Source: an uncultured Planctomycetales bacterium
Lineage (GTDB): Bacteria; Planctomycetota; SBBH01
Direction of reading: 5' to 3'
Length of the DNA stretch: 64,000 bases
NCBI GenBank assembly: GCA_964455625.1
Contig: CAYVXZ010000004.1
Location: 77,207-141,206 of the forward strand
Shown here piece by piece: positions 1 to 9,455 of this stretch (position 1 is the stretch's first letter; each line of letters begins with the position of its first letter). The position numbers and the translations under genes are program-made. The notes beneath the pieces were generated by a model. It had not been told where the DNA came from, made no database searches, and saw nothing but the letters and a program-made list of their open reading frames with translations.

Positions 1-60
1 GGTGCCGGCCAGACAGGCCGCCAGGCTCGACCCGGTCCTGGCGCTCCGGTCGGAATAGTC

Positions 61-1233
61 ATGGCCTCTCGAACCTGGCTGATCCCGGCGGCCCTCGCGC
101 TCGTGCTCCGCGCCCCGCTTGCCGCCGCGCCGCCCCCCCCCTCCCTGGAGCGTGAAGTCCGGGAGGCGCTGGAGCGGGGTGCCGATTTCCTCGTCAGGAC
201 GCAGCATGCCGACGGAGCCTGGGGCTCCCACGATGCGAAAGAGACGTTCGCGGAGCTCGGCTGGGGCCGCAAGGAGGTCGGCGGACACCACGGCGTCACG
301 AACGCCTGTACGGCCCTGGCGGCCCTGGCGCTTCTCGAAAAGCCGGGCCGATCCCCCGCCCAGACGGAAGCCCTCAAGAAGGGCGCGGAATACCTCCTGG
401 CGAACTGGAAATTCGGCCACGAGCCGGGATACCAGGCGACCGGCTGGGGGTATGCCTACATGCTGGACTTCCTCTCCCGCCTGTCGTTGGCACCCGAGGG
501 AGCCTCTTTCCGGGACCGGATCCGGAAGATCATCCCGGAACTGGTGAAGGCGCTGGCGGCGTCCCAGCGGTCCGACGGCGGCTGGTTCTACTACAGCGGC
601 CCCTGGGGCGACAGTGCCGGATTCACGACGAGCACCGTCCTCCTGGCGCTCATGAACGCGCAACGGGCGGGATTCGCCGTCCCCCCCGGTGTGGTCAATG
701 ACGCCGTGACCCTGGTGGCGTCGCTGGAATCCCCCTCGGGCGAGTTCTTCTACGACTCGCGCTTCCTCAAGAGCCCCCGGGGCTCCTGGCCGCTCCAGTG
801 GCTCGGCGGCGGAAGCCGGGCGGTCGCCGGCTGGGTCTCGCTCTTTGCCGCCGGAAGGACGACGTCGACCGGAGACCTCAAGAAGGGGCTCGACCTCTTC
901 GTGAAGACCGAAGACTACCTCGAGGTCGGCCGGAAGCGCATGATCCCCCACCGCGACGCCCCCCACAACATCTCGGGGTATTTCTTCTTCTACGGCTACT
1001 ACTACGCCGCGGAATCGGCCCTGCGGCTCCCGAAGGACGATCAGGCCCCGTATTGGGACTTCCTCGCCCGGGGGATCCTCCGGACCCAGGAAACCGACGG
1101 CTCCTGGTGGGACACGGTCTGCTACGATTACGGCAACAAGTGGGGGACCGCCTACGCCATGCTGACCCTGGACTATTACCTCAAGAACGCCACGAACGGG
1201 CCGTCCGCCCGGTCCGGAAAGGAAAAAAAATGA
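61..1233 (+). CDS. Exported prenyltransferase/squalene-oxidase repeat (alpha/alpha-barrel) protein
   Basis: N-terminal signal peptide. Repeated QxxDGxW motifs (QHADGAWG, QRSDGGWFY, QETDGSWW) typical of prenyltransferase/terpene-cyclase-like repeats. Confidence 0.8.
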   Translation: MASRTWLIPAALALVLRAPLAAAPPPPSLEREVREALERGADFLVRTQHADGAWGSHDAKETFAELGWGRKEVGGHHGVTNACTALAALALLEKPGRSPAQTEALKKGAEYLLANWKFGHEPGYQATGWGYAYMLDFLSRLSLAPEGASFRDRIRKIIPELVKALAASQRSDGGWFYYSGPWGDSAGFTTSTVLLALMNAQRAGFAVPPGVVNDAVTLVASLESPSGEFFYDSRFLKSPRGSWPLQWLGGGSRAVAGWVSLFAAGRTTSTGDLKKGLDLFVKTEDYLEVGRKRMIPHRDAPHNISGYFFFYGYYYAAESALRLPKDDQAPYWDFLARGILRTQETDGSWWDTVCYDYGNKWGTAYAMLTLDYYLKNATNGPSARSGKEKK

Positions 1234-1940
1234 GACGCCTCGCCCTTCCGATCGCCTTCCTGATGGTTGCCTCGGATCCCCTTCACGGCGCGGACGCACC
1301 GCCCCCCCCGGTCGCGCCGGCCGCCGACCTTGCCGCGAAGACACAGGCTCCCGGATACATGGGACTCTCCGCCGCCCCGATCGAGCCTTCGGAACGCACC
1401 GACTACGGGTTGAAATCCGACCAGGCGGGCCTCGTGATCCTCGGGGTCGCCCCCGACGGCCCGGCGGCGAAGGCAGGGCTCAAGGACGGCGACATCCTGC
1501 TTGCGATCGACGGAAAGCCGTTCGAGACGCCGGAGGAACTGACCGCCCTCGTCCGCGCTCTTCCGGCCGGGAAGACCGTCAAGACGTCGATCCTGCGGGA
1601 CGAAAAGCCGCTGGACGTTTCCGTCACGCTCGGGACCGCGCCGGCCCCGAAAGCCGCCGCCGGCGGGGAGGAAGAAGAGATGCGCCGCCAGCAACAGGCG
1701 ATGCTTGCCATGCTCCCCCCCGAGATGCGCACCAAGATCCAGGAGCTCCAGAAGGTTGCCGAGAAAAAGGGGAAGGAACTCTCCGAAAAGTACAAGGCCG
1801 AGGGGCTCTCCGACGAAGGGATCCAGGAGCGCGTCCAGCAGGAGCTCATGCAGGACCCGGAGATCGCGAAGCTCCAGCAGGAGCTCCAGGAGATGATGCA
1901 GGGGATGGGCGGCGGGATGCAGCCCGGCCCAGGACGTTGA
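1230..1940 (+). CDS. Exported PDZ-domain protein with Gln/Met-rich helical C-terminal tail
   Basis: ATG at 1230 overlaps the upstream TGA (ATGA). Signal peptide, then PDZ signature GYMGL...GVAPDGPAAKAGLKDGDILLAIDG. Confidence 0.85.
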   Translation: MRRLALPIAFLMVASDPLHGADAPPPPVAPAADLAAKTQAPGYMGLSAAPIEPSERTDYGLKSDQAGLVILGVAPDGPAAKAGLKDGDILLAIDGKPFETPEELTALVRALPAGKTVKTSILRDEKPLDVSVTLGTAPAPKAAAGGEEEEMRRQQQAMLAMLPPEMRTKIQELQKVAEKKGKELSEKYKAEGLSDEGIQERVQQELMQDPEIAKLQQELQEMMQGMGGGMQPGPGR

Positions 1941-2384
1941 CGGCTACCGCGCGAGCGGTGAGGCGCTATCGGTCCACCGGAGCCGGATTTCGTCCACGAC
2001 CGGCGTGTCCCGCAAGGTGGGCCCGGCCAGCGACACGCATCCGGGATCGGTGACCGCCAGGGTCACCCGGATTTCAGCCTCGCGGCACCGGTGGATCGGC
2101 GCGAACGCCACCTCCTGGCGGCCCGCAAGGTCCCACGTGACCACGCGGCTTTCGGATGAGCCGTCGTCCCGGTGACCGTGAACGTGACCTCGCCCGCCAG
2201 GAGCGCCATCTCGCCGGCGCGCTCGGCGAACCAGAAAGCGATCGCGCCGCCCGTGTGACCTTCACCCCCAAAAAAACTGAACCGCAACTTTGTAAGGTAG
2301 CGGGTCGGGGAAAGGGGGTTTGGGATGGCGAGGAAGTCGCTAAACTCTTGAATTAAGGCAAACTGACCCACTACCCCTTTCCGG

Positions 2385-2891
<507 letters not shown>

Positions 2892-2958
2892 TCCCGGCCG
2901 CGCGCGCCGTTTGGGGTTTGCCCCCCCGCGCGCGTGCCGCTAGCATACCCCCGCTTTG

Positions 2959-4836
2959 ATGCTTCCCCACGAGATCCTCTGGATCCCGCTCGTCCCGTTC
3001 GCCAGCGCGCTTGTTCTCTGGATTTTCGGCAAGCGCCTGTCGGACAAGGCGGTTGCGACGATCGCCTGCGCGGCCCCCCTGATCTCCTTCCTTGCGGGAC
3101 TGGCGTGCCTGAAGGCGCTTCTCGCCGACCCCGTCCCGCTCTCCTGGTCGGCCGGCTCCTGGATCGCCGCGGGGGACGTCTCGATCGATTTCGCCTTCCG
3201 GGTGGACCCCCTCTCCTGCGTCATGACGCTCGTCGTGGCGGGCGTGGGGTTCCTGATCCACGTCTTCTCGATCGGGTACATGCACGGGGATCCCGGCTTC
3301 AAGCGGTACTTCCTGTATCTCAACCTTTTCGTGGGCTCGATGCTCACCCTGGTGACGGCCGAGACCCTGCCCCTCCTCTTCCTGGGATGGGAAGGGGTCG
3401 GCGTCTGCTCGTACCTCCTGATCGGGTTCTGGTACGAGGATCCGGAAAAGGCGGCGGCGGGCCTGAAGGCGTTTCTTGTCAACAAGGCGGCGGACGTCGC
3501 GTTCCTGGCGGGGATGCTGATCCTCGCGGTCCGGTTCGGGACGCTCGACATCCCGACACTGGCCGGGCGCGTCCTCATGGAATCCCCCCTCGAGAACCCC
3601 TTCCTGCCGGCGGCGGCCCTCCTGCTCTTCATCGCGGCGTGCGGGAAGTCGGCCCAGATCTTCCTGCACGTCTGGCTCCCCGACGCGATGGCGGGCCCGA
3701 CCCCCGTCTCGGCCCTGATCCACGCCGCGACGATGGTGACGGCGGGGGCGTACCTCGTGGCGCGCCTCAATTTCCTCTATCCGGCGGGGCTTCTGGTGAC
3801 GGACCTCGTCGCGGTGACGGGAGCCGTCACCGCGGCGTATGCCGCCGTCTGCGCCCTGGCGCAGACCGACATCAAGAAGGTGCTCGCCTACTCGACCGTA
3901 AGCCAGCTCGGATTCCTCTTCCTGGGACTGGGGGTCGGGGCGTTCCCCGCCTCGATCTTCCATCTCGCGACCCACGCCTTCTTCAAGGCGGTCCTGTTCC
4001 TGTCGGCCGGGAGCGTGATCCACGCCCTCTCCGGCGAGCAGAACATCTGCCGGATGGGAAACGGCCTCTGGCGGAAGATGCCGGTCACCTTCGCCTGCGC
4101 GACGGCGGCCGTCCTTTCGGCCACGATGTTCCCGTTCGCGGGATTCGTCTCCAAGCACCAGATCCTTCATGCCGCCAGCGAGGGCCGCCCCCCCATCGGC
4201 TGGATCGCGACCGCGGCGAGCGTGCTGACCGCGGTCTATCTCGCCCGCTGGTGGGTCCAGGTGTTCTTCGCGAGGAACGATTCCCACGCCGCAAGCCACG
4301 CGCATGAATCCCCGGCAACGATGACCGTGCCTCTCGTGCTTCTCGCGGGACTGGCGCTGGCCGGAGGAGTTCTCAACTGGCCGGGGCCGGCGGGGGGATG
4401 TCTCGAGCGCTTCCTCTCTCCGATCTTCTTCTTCGTGCCGCTCCACACGGACGCGGGCGACGCGGGAGCGCTCCCGTCGTCCCTGGCCATTCCCGTCGCG
4501 GCCCTTTTCCTGGCCTGGATCTACGCGAAACACCCCGGCTGGTTCGACGCCGTCCGGCGCGTCGCGCGTCCGGTCAGGGAAGCGGCCGCCCACGGCTTCC
4601 ACATCGACGACCTCTACCGCGACTTCATCGTGACTCCCGTAACGAAGGGGTCGGTCCTGCTCTGGGCGTTCATCGACCTCCTGGCGATCGACGGCCTGGC
4701 CCACGCGGCGGCCGGGCTCGTCTCCGCCGCGGGCTCCGCCGTGCGCCGCCTCTCGACCGGAGTCGCCTCCACCGGGCTTGCGGCGGCGATCGTCGGGGCC
4801 ACCGCCTTCCTCGCGTGGGCCGCCTGGGGACGCTGA
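2959..4836 (+). CDS. nuoL: NADH-quinone oxidoreductase subunit L
   Basis: WEGVGVCSYLLIGFW, GKSAQIFLHVWLPDAMAGPTPVSALIHAATMV, KKVLAYSTVSQLG. ATG 2959 follows an in-frame TTG at 2956. Confidence 0.95.
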   Translation: MLPHEILWIPLVPFASALVLWIFGKRLSDKAVATIACAAPLISFLAGLACLKALLADPVPLSWSAGSWIAAGDVSIDFAFRVDPLSCVMTLVVAGVGFLIHVFSIGYMHGDPGFKRYFLYLNLFVGSMLTLVTAETLPLLFLGWEGVGVCSYLLIGFWYEDPEKAAAGLKAFLVNKAADVAFLAGMLILAVRFGTLDIPTLAGRVLMESPLENPFLPAAALLLFIAACGKSAQIFLHVWLPDAMAGPTPVSALIHAATMVTAGAYLVARLNFLYPAGLLVTDLVAVTGAVTAAYAAVCALAQTDIKKVLAYSTVSQLGFLFLGLGVGAFPASIFHLATHAFFKAVLFLSAGSVIHALSGEQNICRMGNGLWRKMPVTFACATAAVLSATMFPFAGFVSKHQILHAASEGRPPIGWIATAASVLTAVYLARWWVQVFFARNDSHAASHAHESPATMTVPLVLLAGLALAGGVLNWPGPAGGCLERFLSPIFFFVPLHTDAGDAGALPSSLAIPVAALFLAWIYAKHPGWFDAVRRVARPVREAAAHGFHIDDLYRDFIVTPVTKGSVLLWAFIDLLAIDGLAHAAAGLVSAAGSAVRRLSTGVASTGLAAAIVGATAFLAWAAWGR

Positions 4837-4837
4837 C

Positions 4838-6334
4838 ATGCCGGCCGACTCCCTTCCGGTCTGCCTCGTCGCGATCCCCCTGGCGGGGGCGCTCCTCGTC
4901 GCCGCCCTGCCGGGCGCCTTCCATGCGGCCTTGCGCCTGACGGCGGGGCTCGTCTCGCTCTGGCCCCTCTGGCTCGCCCTCCGGGGGTTTCATGCGCTCC
5001 CCGCCGAATCCGTCGCCTCCCTTCCCTGGATCCCCGCCTGGGGGATCCGGTTCCACCTGGGGTTCGACGGCCTGGGGGGACCGCTCGCGCTCCTCACGGC
5101 GGCGCTGACACCGATCGTCATCCTCTCCACCTGGCGCCAGGTCTCGACCCGGGTGAAGGGATTCCTCGTCTGCCTCCTGCTTCTCGAATCAGGCCTCTTC
5201 GTCACGTTCATGGCGCGCGACCTCTTCCTCTTCTATTGCGGCTGGGAACTGGTCCTGATCCCCATGTATTTCATCGTGGGCCTGTGGGGCGGGGCGCGCC
5301 GGATCTACGCCACGATGAAATTCGTCCTCTTCACGGCGGCGGGGAGCCTTCTCATGCTCGCGGCGATCCTGGCGCTGGCGCGCGCGAACGGGAGATGGGA
5401 TTTTTCCGCGGAGACTTGCGCCGCGGCGGCAAGGACCTTCTCCCCCGAGATGCAGCGGTGGCTCCTTCTCGCCTTCATCGCCGCCTTCGCGGTGAAGGTC
5501 CCGGTCTGGCCCTTCCACACCTGGCTTCCGGACGCGCACGTCGAGGCCCCGGCCGGCGGGTCGATCTTCCTCGCCGGGGTCCTCCTCAAGATGGGGACGT
5601 ACGGAATGCTCCGCTTCGCCTTCCCGCTCTTCCCCGAGGCGGCGCGGGAGATCCTCCCCTGGATCCTGGCGCTGGGAGCGATCGGCGCCGTCTGGGGGGG
5701 GCTCATGTCGCTCGCCCAAGGGGACATCAAGTCGCTCGTCGCCTACTCGAGCGTCAGCCACATGGCGGTGATCGTCCTGGGGATCTCGTCGCTCGACGCC
5801 GCCGGGGTCGCCGGGGCGCTCTTCCAGATGGTCGCGCACGGCGTCAACACCGGGTGCCTCTTCCTTCTCGTGGGGATGCTCTACGAGCGGACCCACAGCC
5901 GCCTTGTCGCCGATCATGGAGGACTCGCGAAGGCGATGCCCGCCTTCACGGTCTTCTTCGTCGTGGCGTGCCTTTCGTCGCTGGGCCTTCCCGGACTCGC
6001 CGGGTTTCCGGGCGAGTTCCTGATCCTGAAAGGGCTTCTCGCCTCCTGGATGGCGGACCGGTCGAACGCGACCATGGCCGCGTTCGTGGCGACGGGGGCG
6101 GGACTTCTCCTCTCCGCCAGCTACCTCCTCTGGATGGTGAAGCGCGTCTTCTTCGGCCCTCTCCATCATCCGGGCGACCATGTCCCCGAGGATCTCTCGA
6201 TACGTGAGAGAACTGCCGCCGGAATCCTCGTCGTGACGATGGTCGTGCTGGGCCTCGCGCCGGGGATCGTCACCGGCCGCGCGGAGCCGGCGATCCGGAC
6301 CGTCCTCGCCGCGATCACGAGGGGCGCGCCATGA
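4838..6334 (+). CDS. nuoM: NADH-quinone oxidoreductase subunit M
   Basis: WELVLIPMYFIVGLWG, KVPVWPFHTWLPDAHVEAP, LKMGTYG, LYERTHSR. ATG 1 nt after the nuoL stop. Confidence 0.95.
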   Translation: MPADSLPVCLVAIPLAGALLVAALPGAFHAALRLTAGLVSLWPLWLALRGFHALPAESVASLPWIPAWGIRFHLGFDGLGGPLALLTAALTPIVILSTWRQVSTRVKGFLVCLLLLESGLFVTFMARDLFLFYCGWELVLIPMYFIVGLWGGARRIYATMKFVLFTAAGSLLMLAAILALARANGRWDFSAETCAAAARTFSPEMQRWLLLAFIAAFAVKVPVWPFHTWLPDAHVEAPAGGSIFLAGVLLKMGTYGMLRFAFPLFPEAAREILPWILALGAIGAVWGGLMSLAQGDIKSLVAYSSVSHMAVIVLGISSLDAAGVAGALFQMVAHGVNTGCLFLLVGMLYERTHSRLVADHGGLAKAMPAFTVFFVVACLSSLGLPGLAGFPGEFLILKGLLASWMADRSNATMAAFVATGAGLLLSASYLLWMVKRVFFGPLHHPGDHVPEDLSIRERTAAGILVVTMVVLGLAPGIVTGRAEPAIRTVLAAITRGAP

Positions 6335-7701
6335 GCCCGGCCGCCTCCCTTCTCCTCCTTCCGGCGGGGTGGATCCTCCTCTTCCTGTTCGGCATGAACC
6401 GCCGCGTCCCGGCGACGCTCCTCGCGGCGTTCGCCGCCCTCGCGTGCCTGGCGCCCGTTCCCGGGATCCTCGCCGCCGGGCTCCACGGCCCCGACATGAC
6501 GCTCTGGGACGGCGGCCTTGTCTGGGACGCGGGCGCGCGGATCCTGACGCTCGTCGTCTTGCTCGGAACGGCTGCCACGGTCTTCCTGGCCGGACGGTCC
6601 CCTTCCCGGGAGTCTGCCCCGATGCTCCCGTTCCCGGTCCTGGCGGTGGCGGCCGCGATCGGCGCGGTCGCCGCGGTCGGCGCGCGGGACATGGCGACCG
6701 CCTTCATCGCGATCGAGATCGTCTCCGTCGCCGGTTACGCCCTGGCGGGACTGGGCGGCCAGCGCGCTTCCACCGAGGCGGCGATGAAATATTTCCTTTT
6801 CGGGGCGGCGGCGACCGGCTTTCTCGCGTTCGGTCTCGCCCTCCTCTACGCCGGGACCGGCGCGACCGTCCCGGGGCCGGTCCTCACGGGCCTTGCCCGC
6901 GCGGGAGCGGTCGTCTTCGCCGTCGGGCTCCTCGTGAAAGCGGGAGCGGCCCCCTTCCACACGTGGGCCCCGGACGCCTACACGGGCTCCTCCCTTCCGG
7001 CGGCGGCGCTCCTCTCCACCGTCTCGAAGGTCGCCGCCCTCGCGATCCTGACGCGCCTGTCGGTCCGGCTTCTCCCCGCCGAGCCCGGCCTCTGGCAGCC
7101 GTTTCTTTGGGGCGCGGCCGCCCTGACGATGACCGCCGGGAACCTCGGGGCGCTCCGGCAGACCGACCTGCGCCGGATGCTCGCGCATTCGAGCGTCGCC
7201 CATACGGGATACCTCCTCATGGGGATCCTCGCGGCCGCCTCTCCGGGCGGGACGCCCGCCAGCGCGAACCTGTACCTCGCCGCCTACACGGGAATGGGGG
7301 TCGCGACGTTCGGCTTCCTCGCGCTGCGCCGGTCGTCCGATCATACGGAGACAGGTCTCGCCGGGCTCGCACAGCGGCGCCCCTTCCTCGCGGCGGTCCT
7401 GGGGGCGGGCCTCCTGTCCCTGGCGGGACTACCCCCCACGGCCGGGTTCGCGGCGAAGTTCGCCGTCTTCGCCGATGCCGCGCGGGCCGGATTCTGGGGG
7501 CTCGTCCTCGTCGCGGTCGCGAACACCCTCTTTTCCCTCTATTACTACCTGCGCGCCCTGGGATGGATCTATTTCTCGAAGGGGCCGGAGACCGACACGG
7601 ACGAGGGAAAGCTCGTCTCCCCTTCCGTGATCGCGCTCGGGATCATCCTGGCCGCGCTCCTCGCGACAGGGACGCTCATCCCCCTGATCATCCGTTCCTG
7701 A
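6331..7701 (+). CDS. nuoN: NADH-quinone oxidoreductase subunit N
   Basis: EAAMKYFLFG, KAGAAPFHTWAPDAY, RMLAHSSVAHTGY, GLPPTAGFAAKF. ATGA overlap with nuoM. Confidence 0.93.
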   Translation: MSPAASLLLLPAGWILLFLFGMNRRVPATLLAAFAALACLAPVPGILAAGLHGPDMTLWDGGLVWDAGARILTLVVLLGTAATVFLAGRSPSRESAPMLPFPVLAVAAAIGAVAAVGARDMATAFIAIEIVSVAGYALAGLGGQRASTEAAMKYFLFGAAATGFLAFGLALLYAGTGATVPGPVLTGLARAGAVVFAVGLLVKAGAAPFHTWAPDAYTGSSLPAAALLSTVSKVAALAILTRLSVRLLPAEPGLWQPFLWGAAALTMTAGNLGALRQTDLRRMLAHSSVAHTGYLLMGILAAASPGGTPASANLYLAAYTGMGVATFGFLALRRSSDHTETGLAGLAQRRPFLAAVLGAGLLSLAGLPPTAGFAAKFAVFADAARAGFWGLVLVAVANTLFSLYYYLRALGWIYFSKGPETDTDEGKLVSPSVIALGIILAALLATGTLIPLIIRS

Positions 7702-7740
7702 ACATTTTTATGCCCATCAGGCGGGCGGGGGGCTTGCTTG

Positions 7741-7887
7741 GCGCTCGGGGAGCGGCGCTTACTCATTCTCGACCGGCATCCATGCCGATCTGCGAGGGCT
7801 CGGCCTGCGCGCCCCCTCCATGGGGCACGCCACGGCCTCTCATTCCGTTCGCACCGCCCCCCTCGCTTGGGCCGCTGTCCCGCCCGC
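7741..7887 (-). repeat. Dispersed structured repeat family 2, copy 1
   Basis: Its reverse complement aligns over about 145 bp with 48604-48748 (e.g. AGCCCTCGCAGATCGGCATGGATGCCGGTCGAGAATGAGTAAGCGCCG vs AGCCCTCGCAGGCCGGACATGGAGCCGGCCGAGAATGAGTGAGCGCCG). Confidence 0.85.
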
Positions 7888-8286
7888 ATTCCCCAAGAAT
7901 CAATTCCCCGAGAACGACAAGGAAGGCGGGGGCCTGTGGAAGAAAAGCCGAGGCCGACAGGCTGAAGGCGATTCCTCCGGGGGTGGGTGGGCCAGACACC
8001 ATTTATAAAGCGGGGAAACCAAGAAAAATGTCCGGCATGCAACGGAAAGCGCCCCGTGGCGGGAGCCTGGCCGCGGGGCTGAATCGGCAAGGCGAGGCGC
8101 GGGCTCGCGTCCCCGGGAAAGGCTGGCGCAGGCTTCGCCTCGCCACCGCCGGTTCGCAGTGAGGCGCGCGTCCGGCATGTTTTCTGCGCGCCGAACGTCC
8201 CGCGGAGCAGGCGAACCGCCGATAGGGGCGCATCTCATCCGAGCGAAAACTGACGCTGAAAGCCCCCGGGATACCGCTCATTGCCC

Positions 8287-9087
8287 ATGACCCTCCCAGC
8301 TGTCTCCTTCCTCCAGAATTTCGGCTGCTTCGTGACGGCGGTCCTGGCGATGGCGTTCCTGCGTCCGGCGAAAAACCCCTTCCGGTTCCTCGCGGACCTC
8401 TTCCGGTCCTGGCGCGAGGCCCCCTGGACCGCGACCGCCTGGGGTGTCTGCCTCGCGGTGATGGGGATCGATATCGTCCTCACCGGCTTCGACCACCGGT
8501 TCACCGCCTGGGTGGGGCGCGACTTCGCCCTCGAGGTCTACCGCGTCGAGAACGGGGCGCTTGCGGCGATCCAGACGCTGGCCCACCCCGCCCTCGACCA
8601 TTTTTTCACGTGGGTCTACATCCTGTTCTTTCCCCAGGCGCTCATCGTCTGCCTTGTCATTTACACGATTGACCGGGACCGTGCCGCCCTGCGGCAGCTT
8701 CTGGTCGGGTTCGCGGCAAACTACGTCCTGGCGCTCCCCTTTTACGTCTTCTTTCCGGTGAGCGAGGCGTGGAGCCTCTTCCCCGATGACGGGATCACGC
8801 TCCGGATGGACGCCGTCTCTCCCGTTCTCATGGCCGCGTATCGCCCGATGAGCGGGATCGACAACTGCTTTCCGAGCCTACACGCCTCGATCGCGCTCAC
8901 GATGTGGCTTACGACGCGCGACCGGCCGCGCCCGCGGCTCGTCCCGTTCACCGCCGCGGTCGCATGGTTCACGATCGCGTCGACTTTCTATCTCGGGATC
9001 CACTGGATCACCGACGCCGCGGCGGGGATCCTCCTCGCGCTGCTGGCCCGCCGGATCTCCCGGCGGCTTTCCGGGGCTCCGGCCTAG
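8287..9087 (+). CDS. PAP2/inositol-phosphorylceramide-synthase-like membrane phosphatase/phosphotransferase
   Basis: Several hydrophobic segments; motifs YVFFPVSEAW, NCFPSLH and STFYLGIHWITD match the PAP2_3/AUR1-like family. Confidence 0.85.
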   Translation: MTLPAVSFLQNFGCFVTAVLAMAFLRPAKNPFRFLADLFRSWREAPWTATAWGVCLAVMGIDIVLTGFDHRFTAWVGRDFALEVYRVENGALAAIQTLAHPALDHFFTWVYILFFPQALIVCLVIYTIDRDRAALRQLLVGFAANYVLALPFYVFFPVSEAWSLFPDDGITLRMDAVSPVLMAAYRPMSGIDNCFPSLHASIALTMWLTTRDRPRPRLVPFTAAVAWFTIASTFYLGIHWITDAAAGILLALLARRISRRLSGAPA

Positions 9088-9455
9088 AGGCGTCTTCCGA
9101 AAGCCGTCCCGGCCCAGACAGCGATGAGTCCCCCGAGCAGGTTCGCCGCGACATTCGCCGCCGCGCGGGCCGACTGCCCGTCGCCGAAGAGCCGCGCCGT
9201 CTCGAGACCGAATGCGGAAAAGGTCGTGAACCCGCCCAGGACGCCGGCGAAGAGAAAAAGACGCGTCGCCTCCGATGCCCCCCGCGATTCGGCGATCGCC
9301 GCCCCGGCCCCGATCGCAAGGCAACCGGCAAGGTTCACGGCGAGCGTCCCCCACGGGAAGGCGGCGCCCAGGAATCGCGCGGCCATGACGCCGATGCCGT
9401 AGCGGGCAACGGAACCCAGGGCGCCCCCGAGAGCGACCGCCAGCCAGCGGTTCAT
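9084..9455 (-). CDS. crcB: Fluoride efflux channel FluC/CrcB
   Basis: GGALGSVARY, FPWGTLAVNLAGC, GVLGGFTTFSAF. ATG overlaps the ribD stop. Confidence 0.95.
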   Translation of the reverse strand: MNRWLAVALGGALGSVARYGIGVMAARFLGAAFPWGTLAVNLAGCLAIGAGAAIAESRGASEATRLFLFAGVLGGFTTFSAFGLETARLFGDGQSARAAANVAANLLGGLIAVWAGTAFGRRL

